DNA from: an uncultured delta proteobacterium
GTDB taxonomy: Bacteria; Desulfobacterota; Desulfobacteria; Desulfobacterales; SG8-13
Reading direction: 5' to 3'
DNA length: 64,000 nucleotides
Assembly (NCBI GenBank): GCA_963848135.1
Contig: CAWKCK010000018.1
Span: forward strand, 634,938-698,937
The notes under the pieces were generated by a model. The model ran no database searches. It was not told the DNA's origin and saw only the letters and a program-made list of their open reading frames with translations. This document shows positions 19,580 through 28,730 of the stretch, piece by piece; position 1 is the stretch's first letter; every line of letters begins with the position of its first letter. A program made the translations under genes and the position numbers.

Positions 19580-22240
19580 ATGGAAGTAGTCTTTATCGCT
19601 ATTCTCCTTTTAACGATGATGGTTGCGCTTTCTTCTGGTTTCCCGGTCGCCTTCTCATTGCCGGGCGCTGCCATTTTATCCATTGGCTTAGCATCGCTAT
19701 GTGGGTATCTGTTTGCAGGAGATCCCAGCGCCTACTTCGTAGAAGGGGGCCCCTTAACCTGGCTCAGTGCCGGCGTGACCAATTTTCGAAGTCTCTATTG
19801 GAATGTCGAACGGGATACCCTGATCGCGGTTCCATTGTTTATTTTCATGGGCATTATGCTCCAACGTTCCAAGATCGCAGAAGATCTGTTGGTTGCGATG
19901 GCCCAATTGTTCGGGCCGGTACCCGGAGGGTTGGGAATCTCCGTTGTCCTGGTCGGCGCACTGCTTGCGGCGACGACCGGTATCGTCGGGGCAACGGTCA
20001 TTGCCATGGGATTGATTTCACTTCCGGCAATGTTGCGAAACAATTATTCCAAACCATTGGCAACGGGCACCATTTGCGCCTCGGGCACGCTCGGCCAGAT
20101 AATTCCCCCCTCGATCGTCCTGATTATCCTTTCCGACCAGTTATCCGGTGCTTCCGATCAAGCCAGTACGATCCGCAAAGCAGCTTATAAAGCGGCAACC
20201 GGTGAATTTAGCATGCCTTCGGTCCTGGATGTCACCTCCACCAGCGCCGGCGAAATGTTTATGGGGGCCCTGGTACCCGGTTTGGTGCTTGTAGGGATAT
20301 ATATCTTTTATATCCTGATGGTAGCCTTATTTCGGAAAGGGTCAGCGCCGCCGGTACCTTATGAAGGCAAATTCGATCGAACATTCGCCAAACGTGTTGC
20401 TTTGGCGTTGACACCACCGTTGGCCCTTATTCTTCTGGTGCTCGGTTCCATCATACTCGGCGTGGCCACCGTCAATCAAGCCGGTGCGGTTGGTGCCGTT
20501 GGCGCCATGATCATGGGGGGGTATCGCCTTACCGAAGGTCAACGCAACTCCTATTACCCTGCAATTCTGGCAGTCGTCTCGACCGTTGTCATTGGGATTG
20601 TACTCGCCTTTTATGACCTGAACGTCAAGAGTATCAAGGAGGGAGATGCAATCGGTATCTTCCTGGCTGCGGTTGCTGTCACGGGTCTGTTGATGGCCGT
20701 GGCCTGGAGTGCCTGGCGGATATATAAAGTTGAAGATACCCTCAACTCGGTCATGATTGAAACGGCCAAAACGACATCCATGGTTTTTATTATTCTTATT
20801 GGGGCTGCCATGTTGACCGCTGCCTTTCGTGGTTTTGGAGGGGAAGAATTGGTCAAGCATTTTTTAACCAATCTGGAAGGCGGCTTCTGGGTTCAATTTG
20901 TCGTCGTCATGGCGGTGATGTTTATTCTGGGTTTTTTCATTGATTTTCTCGAAATAGCTGTCGTCGTCGTCCCAATTGTCGCACCCATTCTGCTTGCCGA
21001 CCCTGGTGCCAACGTGACAGCCGTGTGGTTTGGCGTGATGGTTGGTCTTAATCTTCAGACTTCATTTCTGACACCACCCTTTGGTTTTTCTTTGTTTTAC
21101 CTTCGTGGCGTTGCACCCTCCAGCGTTAAAACAACGCAAATTTATCGTGGGGCTATTCCCTTTATTGGATTGCAGCTGGTTGCATTGGTGATTGTTGCTG
21201 TTACGCCCGCAATGGTGAACTACCTGCCCAATCGTATTTCTCTAACTGCTGAAACAGCGCCACCGCCAATAAATCCGCGAATGCAGTACTGTATTGAAGA
21301 ATATCTCTTTGATTACTATGATATTCACGGTGAGCAGTTGCGCAGCCATGTCGAAACGTTGCGTGCCAAGGATCTCAGTGTGTTACCAGAAAAACGACAG
21401 AAAGCGTTGAACGAAAGCCTGGATCGAACCTTGAATACTTTCGATTTGGTCGCCAAGGTTCGCATGGCTGAAGAAAATCTTGTCGGCTATTCACCTGAAT
21501 ACCGTCCACAGCATCAGCGTGTTCGCAGTTTGCAATCAGAAATGCGAATTATCAGATTGAAAATCGTTGAATTGAAACAGGCTTTGACGAGAAATTCTCA
21601 GAGCGATTCTCCAGACAGGGATGATCTCACCCGAGTTAAAGCAGAAATCGAGAAAGCCGAGGCGGCGATAACAGACCTTGAAAACCAGATTCCTGAGAGC
21701 TGGGCTGGAGTCAACAAACGTTATGCAGAATTGGAAAAGGCCGAAGAGCAGGCACGTCGAAATTACCGCAACAACGTCGACCAAGCTTATGCAACGATAG
21801 TGGAGTTACGAGAGGACATCGATGGAGCAAATGCACTGGCTGGTCTTGAACAACAAATGAACACTCTCGAAACAGCAATCGTCAATGAGCCGGCTGAAGT
21901 TGCCATTGAACGGATTGAAAAAACAGAAAAGGCTCTTGGTCAGGTTGCCGGAACAAGTGCAATTAAGTCCAAGCTTTCCAAAGCACGCAGGGCTCTTAAA
22001 GGAAATGAACCAGATCCGGAAAAGGCGATTCAGATTCTGAGCGAAGGCATAGAGTTATATGCGGCCGAAGTCGATTGGCGTCATCGCGCAGCAGCTGAAA
22101 TTGCCCCTGCTCTTGCTTCCTATGACAATGCCATCAAGGATTCCATCGGCCTTCGATTGCAGCGACGGTTGACGGCTGATCAGATCAAAGAGGTTGCCAG
22201 TTGCCAGTCGGTCCACCGCGATTTTTCATTGCAATTCTAA
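19580..22240 (+). CDS. dctM: TRAP transporter large permease (DctM) with a soluble C-terminal extension of about 330 aa
   Basis: GTLGQIIPPS and NLQTSFLTPPFGFSLFYLRG. Confidence 0.9.
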   Translation: MEVVFIAILLLTMMVALSSGFPVAFSLPGAAILSIGLASLCGYLFAGDPSAYFVEGGPLTWLSAGVTNFRSLYWNVERDTLIAVPLFIFMGIMLQRSKIAEDLLVAMAQLFGPVPGGLGISVVLVGALLAATTGIVGATVIAMGLISLPAMLRNNYSKPLATGTICASGTLGQIIPPSIVLIILSDQLSGASDQASTIRKAAYKAATGEFSMPSVLDVTSTSAGEMFMGALVPGLVLVGIYIFYILMVALFRKGSAPPVPYEGKFDRTFAKRVALALTPPLALILLVLGSIILGVATVNQAGAVGAVGAMIMGGYRLTEGQRNSYYPAILAVVSTVVIGIVLAFYDLNVKSIKEGDAIGIFLAAVAVTGLLMAVAWSAWRIYKVEDTLNSVMIETAKTTSMVFIILIGAAMLTAAFRGFGGEELVKHFLTNLEGGFWVQFVVVMAVMFILGFFIDFLEIAVVVVPIVAPILLADPGANVTAVWFGVMVGLNLQTSFLTPPFGFSLFYLRGVAPSSVKTTQIYRGAIPFIGLQLVALVIVAVTPAMVNYLPNRISLTAETAPPPINPRMQYCIEEYLFDYYDIHGEQLRSHVETLRAKDLSVLPEKRQKALNESLDRTLNTFDLVAKVRMAEENLVGYSPEYRPQHQRVRSLQSEMRIIRLKIVELKQALTRNSQSDSPDRDDLTRVKAEIEKAEAAITDLENQIPESWAGVNKRYAELEKAEEQARRNYRNNVDQAYATIVELREDIDGANALAGLEQQMNTLETAIVNEPAEVAIERIEKTEKALGQVAGTSAIKSKLSKARRALKGNEPDPEKAIQILSEGIELYAAEVDWRHRAAAEIAPALASYDNAIKDSIGLRLQRRLTADQIKEVASCQSVHRDFSLQF

Positions 22241-22438
22241 TCTCTCGCGGTCGCAAAAACCGACGGTTAAAGAAGTTGCCGTATCTTTCAAGAATATTCG
22301 GAATGTGGGGGGACCTGGGGAACGACTTCAGAAAAAGCCTACTATAAAGTCATCCAACCGAAATATTCCTTGAAAGGATAAGGTATTATCGGACCGTTGT
22401 CGGCGCTAGGAACCTGCTTCCGGCCATATGGGTAAATC

Positions 22439-22473
22439 GCCAGCCGGCTGTATTGAGCCGGCTGGCTTTTTTC
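22439..22473 (+). terminator. Terminator-like hairpin directly upstream of the usp gene
   Basis: gccagccggct-gtattg-agccggctggc followed by tttttt. Confidence 0.6.
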
Positions 22474-22485
22474 TTGGAGCAAAAC

Positions 22486-22998
22486 ATGACTATGATTCCG
22501 GATATAAAAAAAATCCTTTATGCGACCGACATGTCACCCAACGCCCGCTACGCCTTTGGTTACGCCGCGAGCCTGGCAAACCGGTACGATGCCAAAATCA
22601 CGATCATCCATGTGGTGGAGGAGCTATCTCCAACGGCCCAGTTGCTCATCGGTGATATCATCGGAGAGAAACGCTGGTCATCCATGAAGGGTGAAAAGGA
22701 ACACACGATCATCACAACCATCCGTGAACGTCTGGGCGACTTTTGCGAGACATTCTACCAGGAAATGCCGCATTGCCGTCTGGCCATAGAGCGGGTAATG
22801 GTTGAAAATGGTCCGGCAGTGGGTCGGATCATCGAGGCTGCGGAATCGACGGATGCCGACGTCATCGTTATGGGATCCCACGGCCAGGGGATGCTGCAGG
22901 AGGTCATGATCGGCAGCACCTCCCGCCGCGTTCTGAGGCGCTGTAAAAAGCCGGTGCTGATCGTCCGGCTTCCTGAAAACGGTGATGCACAAACGTAA
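22486..22998 (+). CDS. Universal stress protein
   Basis: KKILYATDMS, IVMGSHG, IGSTSRRVLRRCKKPVLIV. Confidence 0.92.
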   Translation: MTMIPDIKKILYATDMSPNARYAFGYAASLANRYDAKITIIHVVEELSPTAQLLIGDIIGEKRWSSMKGEKEHTIITTIRERLGDFCETFYQEMPHCRLAIERVMVENGPAVGRIIEAAESTDADVIVMGSHGQGMLQEVMIGSTSRRVLRRCKKPVLIVRLPENGDAQT

Positions 22999-23004
22999 AC
23001 GGAT

Positions 23005-24384
23005 TTAACCGGTCAACGAGTTGACCGGCCGGTGCCTGTCAGCGGTGTCAATCATCGGTTCATCCAATGGCGCATCCTGGATCTTACTCAATTTGCGGGT
23101 AATCACCCGGGTTCGCACCTGGGCACTGTCTATGGAATTGCTGGCCTCCTGAAGCTTCTTCTTGGTTTTGGCCAGAACGTCTCCAAATTTGCCGAATTCG
23201 GCTTTTACCGCACCCAGAAGCTGCCAGACTTCACTGGAACGTTTTTCAACAGCCAGTGTTCTGAATCCCATCTGCAAACTGTTGAGCAATGCTGCCAACG
23301 TCGTCGGTCCGGTCACAACGACCCGGTATTCACGCTGCAAAAAATCACAAAGCCCGGGTCGCCGTAAAACCTCGGCATAAAGCCCTTCAACCGGCAGGAA
23401 CATGATACCGAAATCGGTGGTGTGCGGTGGGTCGATATACTTCTCACGTATATTCTTGGCCTCGCCCTTGATTCGCACCTCGAGACTTCGGAAGGACTTG
23501 TCAGCCTGCTCCCGGTCAGCCGCTTCCTGTGCGTCCACCAAACGCTGATAATCTTCCTGGGGAAACTTGGCATCTATGGGTAACCACACCGTTTCTGAAG
23601 GATCCTGACCCGGTAGGCGGACAGCGTATTCCACGCGATCGCTACTGCCTTTCCGCGTTGCCACGTTAACACCATACTCATCCGGCGTCAGGATTTGCTC
23701 GAGAATGGCCCCGAGTCGGATTTCCCCCCATGTACCGCGGGTTTTGACGTTGGTAAGCACTTTTTTCAGATCCCCGACCCCGACAGCCAGACGACGCATT
23801 TCGCCCAACCCCTTGTAGACCTGTTCCAGACGCTCGCTGACTTGTCGGAAGGATTCCCCCAAGCGTTTTTCCAATGTGTCATGCAGCTTCTCGTCGACCG
23901 TGGCCCGCATCTGTTCCAGCTTACGATTGTTGTCTGCTTGCAGATCCTGCAAACGCCTATCCACGGTATGGCGCAGGGCCTCGGACCTTTCTTCCTGCAA
24001 GCGGGTCAGTTCCATGATCTGTTTTGAGAACGAATCGAGTTGGTCTTTCTGCATACCGGCGTTTTCGGTCATGCGCCTGAGCAAGGCGTCATCGGAATCT
24101 TTCAGCGCCAGGCGTAATTCTTCGCGCAACTCCCGCGCACTGGTTGATGCTTGCTGCCGGTCCCGGATCAATTCGTCCTTGACCGCCCCTTCCATATGCT
24201 GCAGACGTTGTTCGAAACCGGCCACCCGGTCCCCAAGAAACGAAATTGAACCCGCAGGCAGGCGACTGAACAAACGGATCACCAATACAAAGACCGCCAG
24301 GAGCATGAAGGCTAAAGCGAACAAAAGCAGTTCGATTCGCCAGGTGCGAAACAGTTCCAAAACCGATTGGATGGCAGGATCCAT
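23005..24384 (-). CDS. rmuC: DNA recombination protein RmuC
   Basis: KTRGTWGE, LPIDAKFP, MFLPVEGLYAE, GPTTLAALLNSLQMGF. Confidence 0.95.
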   Translation of the reverse strand: MDPAIQSVLELFRTWRIELLLFALAFMLLAVFVLVIRLFSRLPAGSISFLGDRVAGFEQRLQHMEGAVKDELIRDRQQASTSARELREELRLALKDSDDALLRRMTENAGMQKDQLDSFSKQIMELTRLQEERSEALRHTVDRRLQDLQADNNRKLEQMRATVDEKLHDTLEKRLGESFRQVSERLEQVYKGLGEMRRLAVGVGDLKKVLTNVKTRGTWGEIRLGAILEQILTPDEYGVNVATRKGSSDRVEYAVRLPGQDPSETVWLPIDAKFPQEDYQRLVDAQEAADREQADKSFRSLEVRIKGEAKNIREKYIDPPHTTDFGIMFLPVEGLYAEVLRRPGLCDFLQREYRVVVTGPTTLAALLNSLQMGFRTLAVEKRSSEVWQLLGAVKAEFGKFGDVLAKTKKKLQEASNSIDSAQVRTRVITRKLSKIQDAPLDEPMIDTADRHRPVNSLTG

Positions 24385-24428
24385 AGTGACAACCTCATTT
24401 AATCGGAAGGTCGTTGAGCTTTTCCATT

Positions 24429-24444
24429 ATACAACATGTTGTAT
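24429..24444. promoter_or_regulatory. Perfect 16-bp palindrome in the rmuC/mutM divergent region
   Basis: atacaacatgttgtat. Confidence 0.4.
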
Positions 24445-24514
24445 TTTTTAGCATTTGATTGTACAAGAAGATGTAGTAAGCGTCAAGACAGGAGTCAATG
24501 GAGACTATTTCGAG

Positions 24515-25345
24515 ATGCCCGAACTACCCGAAGTTCAGACCCTGGTCAACGACTTGAATACAGCCGACCTGGTCGGCGCCACTTTCACCAGAGCGCGGGT
24601 ATACTGGCCACGGACAATTGCCACGCCTTCCGTCAGCGACTTCCAGCGTGTCATCAGGGCGAAAAGGATCACCGCCATCCGACGGCGGGGGAAATTCATT
24701 GTAATGGATCTGGCCCCGGCCGGTTATCTGCTGATACACCTGCGGATGTCGGGCCGCCTGCACCTGGTGTCTGCCGGTGTGAAAAGGTCCCGGCACGAAC
24801 ATGTGGTCTTTGAACTTGAGAATACCGGCGAATTGCGTTTTCACGACACACGCAAGTTCGGACGTGTATTCCTGGTTCGGGATCCGGATAGCGTCCTGGG
24901 GAATCTGGGTATGGAACCGTTGACGTCCGCGTTCAACGTCGCAACGCTCAAGGCGTCGTTGACGTCCCGCAAACGGTTGCTCAAGCCGCTCCTTCTCGAT
25001 CAATCCGTCATCGCCGGTCTGGGAAATATCTACGTCGATGAAGCCCTCTGGGATGCCGGGCTTCACCCCTGCCGGCGTTCGCACACGATCTGCGGTCCTG
25101 AGATCAACGCACTGCGTTGGGCGATTCCGCGTGTCCTCAAACGCGGCCTTAAAAACCTTGGGACCACCCTTGGCACCGGCAAAGCCAACTTCTATTCCAT
25201 CGCCCGCCACCGTGGGCGCAATCAGGATCAGCTTCACGTGTTCCGCCGTACCGGATCCCCCTGCCCCCGCTGCCGACAACCGATCCAACGCATCATCGTC
25301 GGTCAACGAAGCACCCATATCTGTCCGAAATGCCAGCCCATCTGA
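24515..25345 (+). CDS. mutM: Formamidopyrimidine-DNA glycosylase
   Basis: MPELPEV start, HLRMSG, GLGNIY, C-terminal CPRC...CPKCQ zinc finger. Confidence 0.97.
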   Translation: MPELPEVQTLVNDLNTADLVGATFTRARVYWPRTIATPSVSDFQRVIRAKRITAIRRRGKFIVMDLAPAGYLLIHLRMSGRLHLVSAGVKRSRHEHVVFELENTGELRFHDTRKFGRVFLVRDPDSVLGNLGMEPLTSAFNVATLKASLTSRKRLLKPLLLDQSVIAGLGNIYVDEALWDAGLHPCRRSHTICGPEINALRWAIPRVLKRGLKNLGTTLGTGKANFYSIARHRGRNQDQLHVFRRTGSPCPRCRQPIQRIIVGQRSTHICPKCQPI

Positions 25346-25357
25346 CAACCCCCACTA

Positions 25358-25399
25358 CCCACAGCCCGCAACGCGCAACTCGGAACCCGCAACGCGCAA
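25358..25399 (+). repeat. Degenerate heptamer tandem repeat
   Basis: cccacag cccgcaa cgcgcaa ctcggaa cccgcaa cgcgcaa. Confidence 0.7.
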
Positions 25400-25471
25400 A
25401 CCGTATCTCCCCAACCGCACTCCCGAGTCGACGCAATTGGTCAACCAACCGATCCCGATATCTTAACAATA

Positions 25472-25518
25472 TTTACATTGACATTTACATTGACATTTAC
25501 ATTACCGGGTGATATTTT
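25472..25518 (+). promoter_or_regulatory. lexA promoter with five tandem TT(T/G)ACA hexamers overlapping the -35 box
   Basis: tttaca ttgaca tttaca ttgaca tttaca; TTGACA (25490-95), 17 bp spacer, TATTTT (25513-18) preceded by TG. Confidence 0.7.
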
Positions 25519-25552
25519 TTCGACAGACCGATACGGAAGAGGAGAACTCACC

Positions 25553-26185
25553 ATGTTGCCGGACATCACATCGAAGCAGCAGCGCTTCCTGGGCTATCTG
25601 GAACAGGAACTCAACCGCAGCGGCAAGACGCCCAGCCTGCGGCAGGCGGCCCGTGATCTGGGCGTGAGCCATGCCGCCATCTCGCAGATGCTCAAATCCC
25701 TGGAAGCCAGGGGATTCGTACGGCGCGACGGTCGCTACAGTCGCACCGTTCATCTACTCAACCGCACCGGAGAGCCCGCGGCGGCAATGCGCTGGCTGGA
25801 GGTGCCAATCATCGGCAGAATCGCCGCCGGCCTGCCCCTGTATGCCCAGCCGGAGTGGAGCGGAAGCCTGGTGGTCGACGCCGCCGTGTACCGCAGCCCC
25901 CACTTGTTTGCCCTCCGGGTCAAAGGCGAATCGATGAAAAACGCCGCCATCCTGGACGGCGACCTGGTCATCTGCGCACCCCGTCAGTACGCGGAAAACA
26001 GAGAAATCGTCGTGGCGCTGATCCGGCAGGAGGAGGCCACGGTCAAACGGTTTTTCCGCCGCAAGGACCACATCGAATTACACCCGGAAAATCCGGCCTA
26101 TCCGCCCCAGCGTTACCGGTTCGATGACATCCTGGTCCAGGGTAAGGTGGTCGGCGTTCATCGGGGGCCGGAAGGCATAAAGTAA
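25553..26185 (+). CDS. lexA: LexA repressor
   Basis: N-terminal wHTH, cleavage site IAAGLP, catalytic GESM and TVKR. Confidence 0.93.
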   Translation: MLPDITSKQQRFLGYLEQELNRSGKTPSLRQAARDLGVSHAAISQMLKSLEARGFVRRDGRYSRTVHLLNRTGEPAAAMRWLEVPIIGRIAAGLPLYAQPEWSGSLVVDAAVYRSPHLFALRVKGESMKNAAILDGDLVICAPRQYAENREIVVALIRQEEATVKRFFRRKDHIELHPENPAYPPQRYRFDDILVQGKVVGVHRGPEGIK

Positions 26186-26326
26186 TGGCCATCCATAAAT
26201 GGCCTTTTTTACGCTGGTCGGCGTTCTCCGCAGGTTTCCGGCTGCGGCGTACGAAAAGTACGCCTCGCCGGAAACCTTTGTGCGGCCTTGCCCAGCGAAA
26301 AAAATTCTCATTTATGAATTGGACAT
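26185..26326. mobile_element. MITE-like palindromic element between lexA and DUF72
   Basis: Ends atggccatccataaatg / catttatgaattggacat; central ggcgtac-gaaaa-gtacgcc hairpin. Confidence 0.65.
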
Positions 26327-26334
26327 ACATTCAG

Positions 26335-26414
26335 AACTCAAAGCTGAAAGCAAAGGAAGTTGCCGGCCGGTCTTTGATCTATAGCTCTCGACTTTGAGCT
26401 TTGAGCTTTCAGCT
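26335..26414. repeat. Inverted heptamer repeat cluster
   Basis: ctcaaag ctgaaag ... ctttgag ctttgag ctttcag. Confidence 0.6.
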
Positions 26415-26458
26415 CTCGCAAACAGCATCGGAGCAAGAGTGCATCTTGGACGTACCGT

Positions 26459-27289
26459 ATGGAAGCCAAACCATCCCATACCCCTTGCCGTATCCACGTT
26501 GGCACCAGCGGCTATGCCTACACCGAATGGGTCACGGCCGGGTTTTACCCCGCCGGCACCACAACGGACCGGATGCTGGCGCTGTATGCCCGCCGCTTTT
26601 CCGTAACCGAACTCAACGCCACGGCCTATCAGCTTCCCCGGGCCGAGACGGTGGAGCGGCGCCGTCGGCAGGTTCCACCGGATTTCCTGTTCGCTGTCCG
26701 GCTGACGCGCACCCTGACACATGAAATCGACTTCCAGCGCTGGCCCGACCTGGCCTTGGCGTACCGGGACGGCCTCGCGCCCTTGATTCAGACCCGCCAG
26801 TTGGTGGTTGTTTTGATTCAGTTCCCGTCGACTTTCGACCGCACCCCGATTCATCGCAGACACCTGGCCGCCCTTCTCGACGCACTCCAGGGACTGCCCC
26901 TGGCGGTCGAGTTCCGCCACCGTTCCTGGGCCACGGACCGTGTGTTGCACGAACTTGAAAAGCGCCGGACAGCGCTGGTGGTCGTCGACGGTCCACCCCT
27001 GCCGGACATGTTTCCGGTCTGGGAAGCCGTCACCAACCCGGAGCTTTTCTGCGTCCGCTTTTACGGCCGCAACACCGGGGGCTGGCATTCGGGCAAACCG
27101 TCCCGGCAGTTCGACTACTGCTATGCCGATGATGAATTGTGCGAATGGATCGAGAGCCGGATCGAACCGTTGAGTTGCCGCGCCCGCAAGGGGATTCTGC
27201 TGTTCGGCAACCACGTGCGGGCCCAGGCGCCGCAGAATGCACAACGGATGATACGCCTGCTGCGGAGAAGCGGTCTGAAAGTGACGTGA
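26459..27289 (+). CDS. DUF72 (YecE-like) protein
   Basis: IHVGTSGYAYTEW...FYP, ELNATAY, LIQFP, AVEFRHRSW, VRFYGRN, GNH. Confidence 0.9.
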   Translation: MEAKPSHTPCRIHVGTSGYAYTEWVTAGFYPAGTTTDRMLALYARRFSVTELNATAYQLPRAETVERRRRQVPPDFLFAVRLTRTLTHEIDFQRWPDLALAYRDGLAPLIQTRQLVVVLIQFPSTFDRTPIHRRHLAALLDALQGLPLAVEFRHRSWATDRVLHELEKRRTALVVVDGPPLPDMFPVWEAVTNPELFCVRFYGRNTGGWHSGKPSRQFDYCYADDELCEWIESRIEPLSCRARKGILLFGNHVRAQAPQNAQRMIRLLRRSGLKVT

Positions 27290-27296
27290 TTTGCAC

Positions 27297-27522
27297 TCAC
27301 CACAGAGCACGCAGGGGACGCAGAGAATAAGTCGTTTTTGCTTTCCGCTGAGAGGGCGGAAAGCAAAAAGAATCTGGCCCGTGGAACAGTTTGATTTTAG
27401 TACCTACAAAAAACTTTTCACGAGTGTTCCGAGGGACAACCGTCAAAGGTTTTCCGTTGCCGGCCTCTCACCGGCAACGGAAAAATTTGATTATCTTTGC
27501 GGTCTCCGCGCCTCTGCGGTGA
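27297..27522. mobile_element. Empty paired-hairpin element (TGAGAGG-loop family)
   Basis: Outer inverted repeat tcaccacagag...ctctgcggtga; two inner hairpins with loops tgagagg and cctctca. Confidence 0.75.
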
Positions 27523-27542
27523 ATCCTTCGATAGGTGACGGC

Positions 27543-28727
27543 ATGGGTTTGACGCATGAACGGTCGATCATTCACTTGAATGTGGCCGACTTTGCCGTAG
27601 CGGTGGAGCGCGTGGTAGACAGCCGATTGCAGGGCCGACCGGTCATCATCGCGCCCGAAGGCGCTGCCCGCGCTGCCGTATATGACATGAGCGAAGAGGC
27701 CTATCAATCCGGCGTCCGCAAGGGAATGGCCCTGCGCCGGGCCTTGCGGTACTGCCGTGGCGCCGCCGTGCTGCCGCCGCATCCCGATCGCTACGAACGG
27801 GCCATGGCCGGTTTTCTCAAACACGCCCTGCCCTATTCGCCTCTGGTTGAAATAACCGATCACAAAGGCCATCTGTTCATCGACGTCACCGGAACGGGGC
27901 GGCTCTTCGGTCCGCCCCCGGACCTGGCCGCACACATCCGCCAGGCCGTGTGCAGCGACCTGGGATTTAACCCGATTTGGTCCGTCGCAACCAACAAGCT
28001 GGTGGCCAAAGCCGCTTCGCGCACCGTCAAACCGGACGGCGAATCCGTTGTCCCGCCGGGCAACGAGGCCAATTTTCTGGCGCCGCTGCCCCTCCATCTG
28101 ATTCCCGGAATCGAATCCGAAGACCTCAGCCGCCTGCGTGAGTTCAATCTGGTCAATGCCGGCCAGGTGGCCCGTCTTTCGGCAGTCCAGCTATCGGTGG
28201 CTTTCGGCCGGCGGAACGGGGAACTGTATGACGCGGTCCGTGGTGTCGACCCATCGCCAGTCATACCCGCCGGCCAGGCACCGGCGGCCGTCCAGGTCTT
28301 ACATGCATTCGGGAACGACACCAACGATACAACCGTTGCGGAAGGGGTTCTCTACCGACTGGTGGAACAGGCCGGCGCCGATCTGCGCCGTCGCCGCCTG
28401 GCCGCGCGGCGGGTAGGAATTATGCTCGACTACTCCGACGGCGCGCGCCTGGTGCGCCAGGCAACCGTGCATCCGGCAACCGCCAGTGATCCACGCCTGT
28501 TCGCTGCCGCCCGAACAGCGCTCTACCGTGCTTGGTCGCGTCGCATCCGGATTCGAAACCTGCGGTTGGTTTGCGACCGTCTGACCTATCCCCCGGCCCA
28601 GTTGTCACTTTTTGCCGCAGAAAACGCTGCACAGCAAAAAAACGACCGGTTGGTTGCCGCCCTCGACGCTATCCGTGGCCGTTTCGGCAGAGGGGCCGTA
28701 AGCGTCGGCCGTACGTTGTCCGTTTAG
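27543..28727 (+). CDS. imuB: Y-family polymerase homologue lacking catalytic acidic residues (ImuB-like)
   Basis: IIHLNVADFAVAVE where DinB has HVDMDAFYASVE; no SIDE motif; clamp-binding QLSLF present; start corrected to 27543. Confidence 0.8.
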   Translation: MGLTHERSIIHLNVADFAVAVERVVDSRLQGRPVIIAPEGAARAAVYDMSEEAYQSGVRKGMALRRALRYCRGAAVLPPHPDRYERAMAGFLKHALPYSPLVEITDHKGHLFIDVTGTGRLFGPPPDLAAHIRQAVCSDLGFNPIWSVATNKLVAKAASRTVKPDGESVVPPGNEANFLAPLPLHLIPGIESEDLSRLREFNLVNAGQVARLSAVQLSVAFGRRNGELYDAVRGVDPSPVIPAGQAPAAVQVLHAFGNDTNDTTVAEGVLYRLVEQAGADLRRRRLAARRVGIMLDYSDGARLVRQATVHPATASDPRLFAAARTALYRAWSRRIRIRNLRLVCDRLTYPPAQLSLFAAENAAQQKNDRLVAALDAIRGRFGRGAVSVGRTLSV

Positions 28728-28730
28728 GGC

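Noticed and set aside
26185..26397. Small ORFs between lexA and DUF72 as a possible imuA
   Set aside because: They are too short, have no RecA-like features, and coincide with the palindromic element.
27291..27542. N-terminal extension of the imuB-like ORF
   Set aside because: It is a translation of the hairpin element; family similarity starts at the ATG at 27543.
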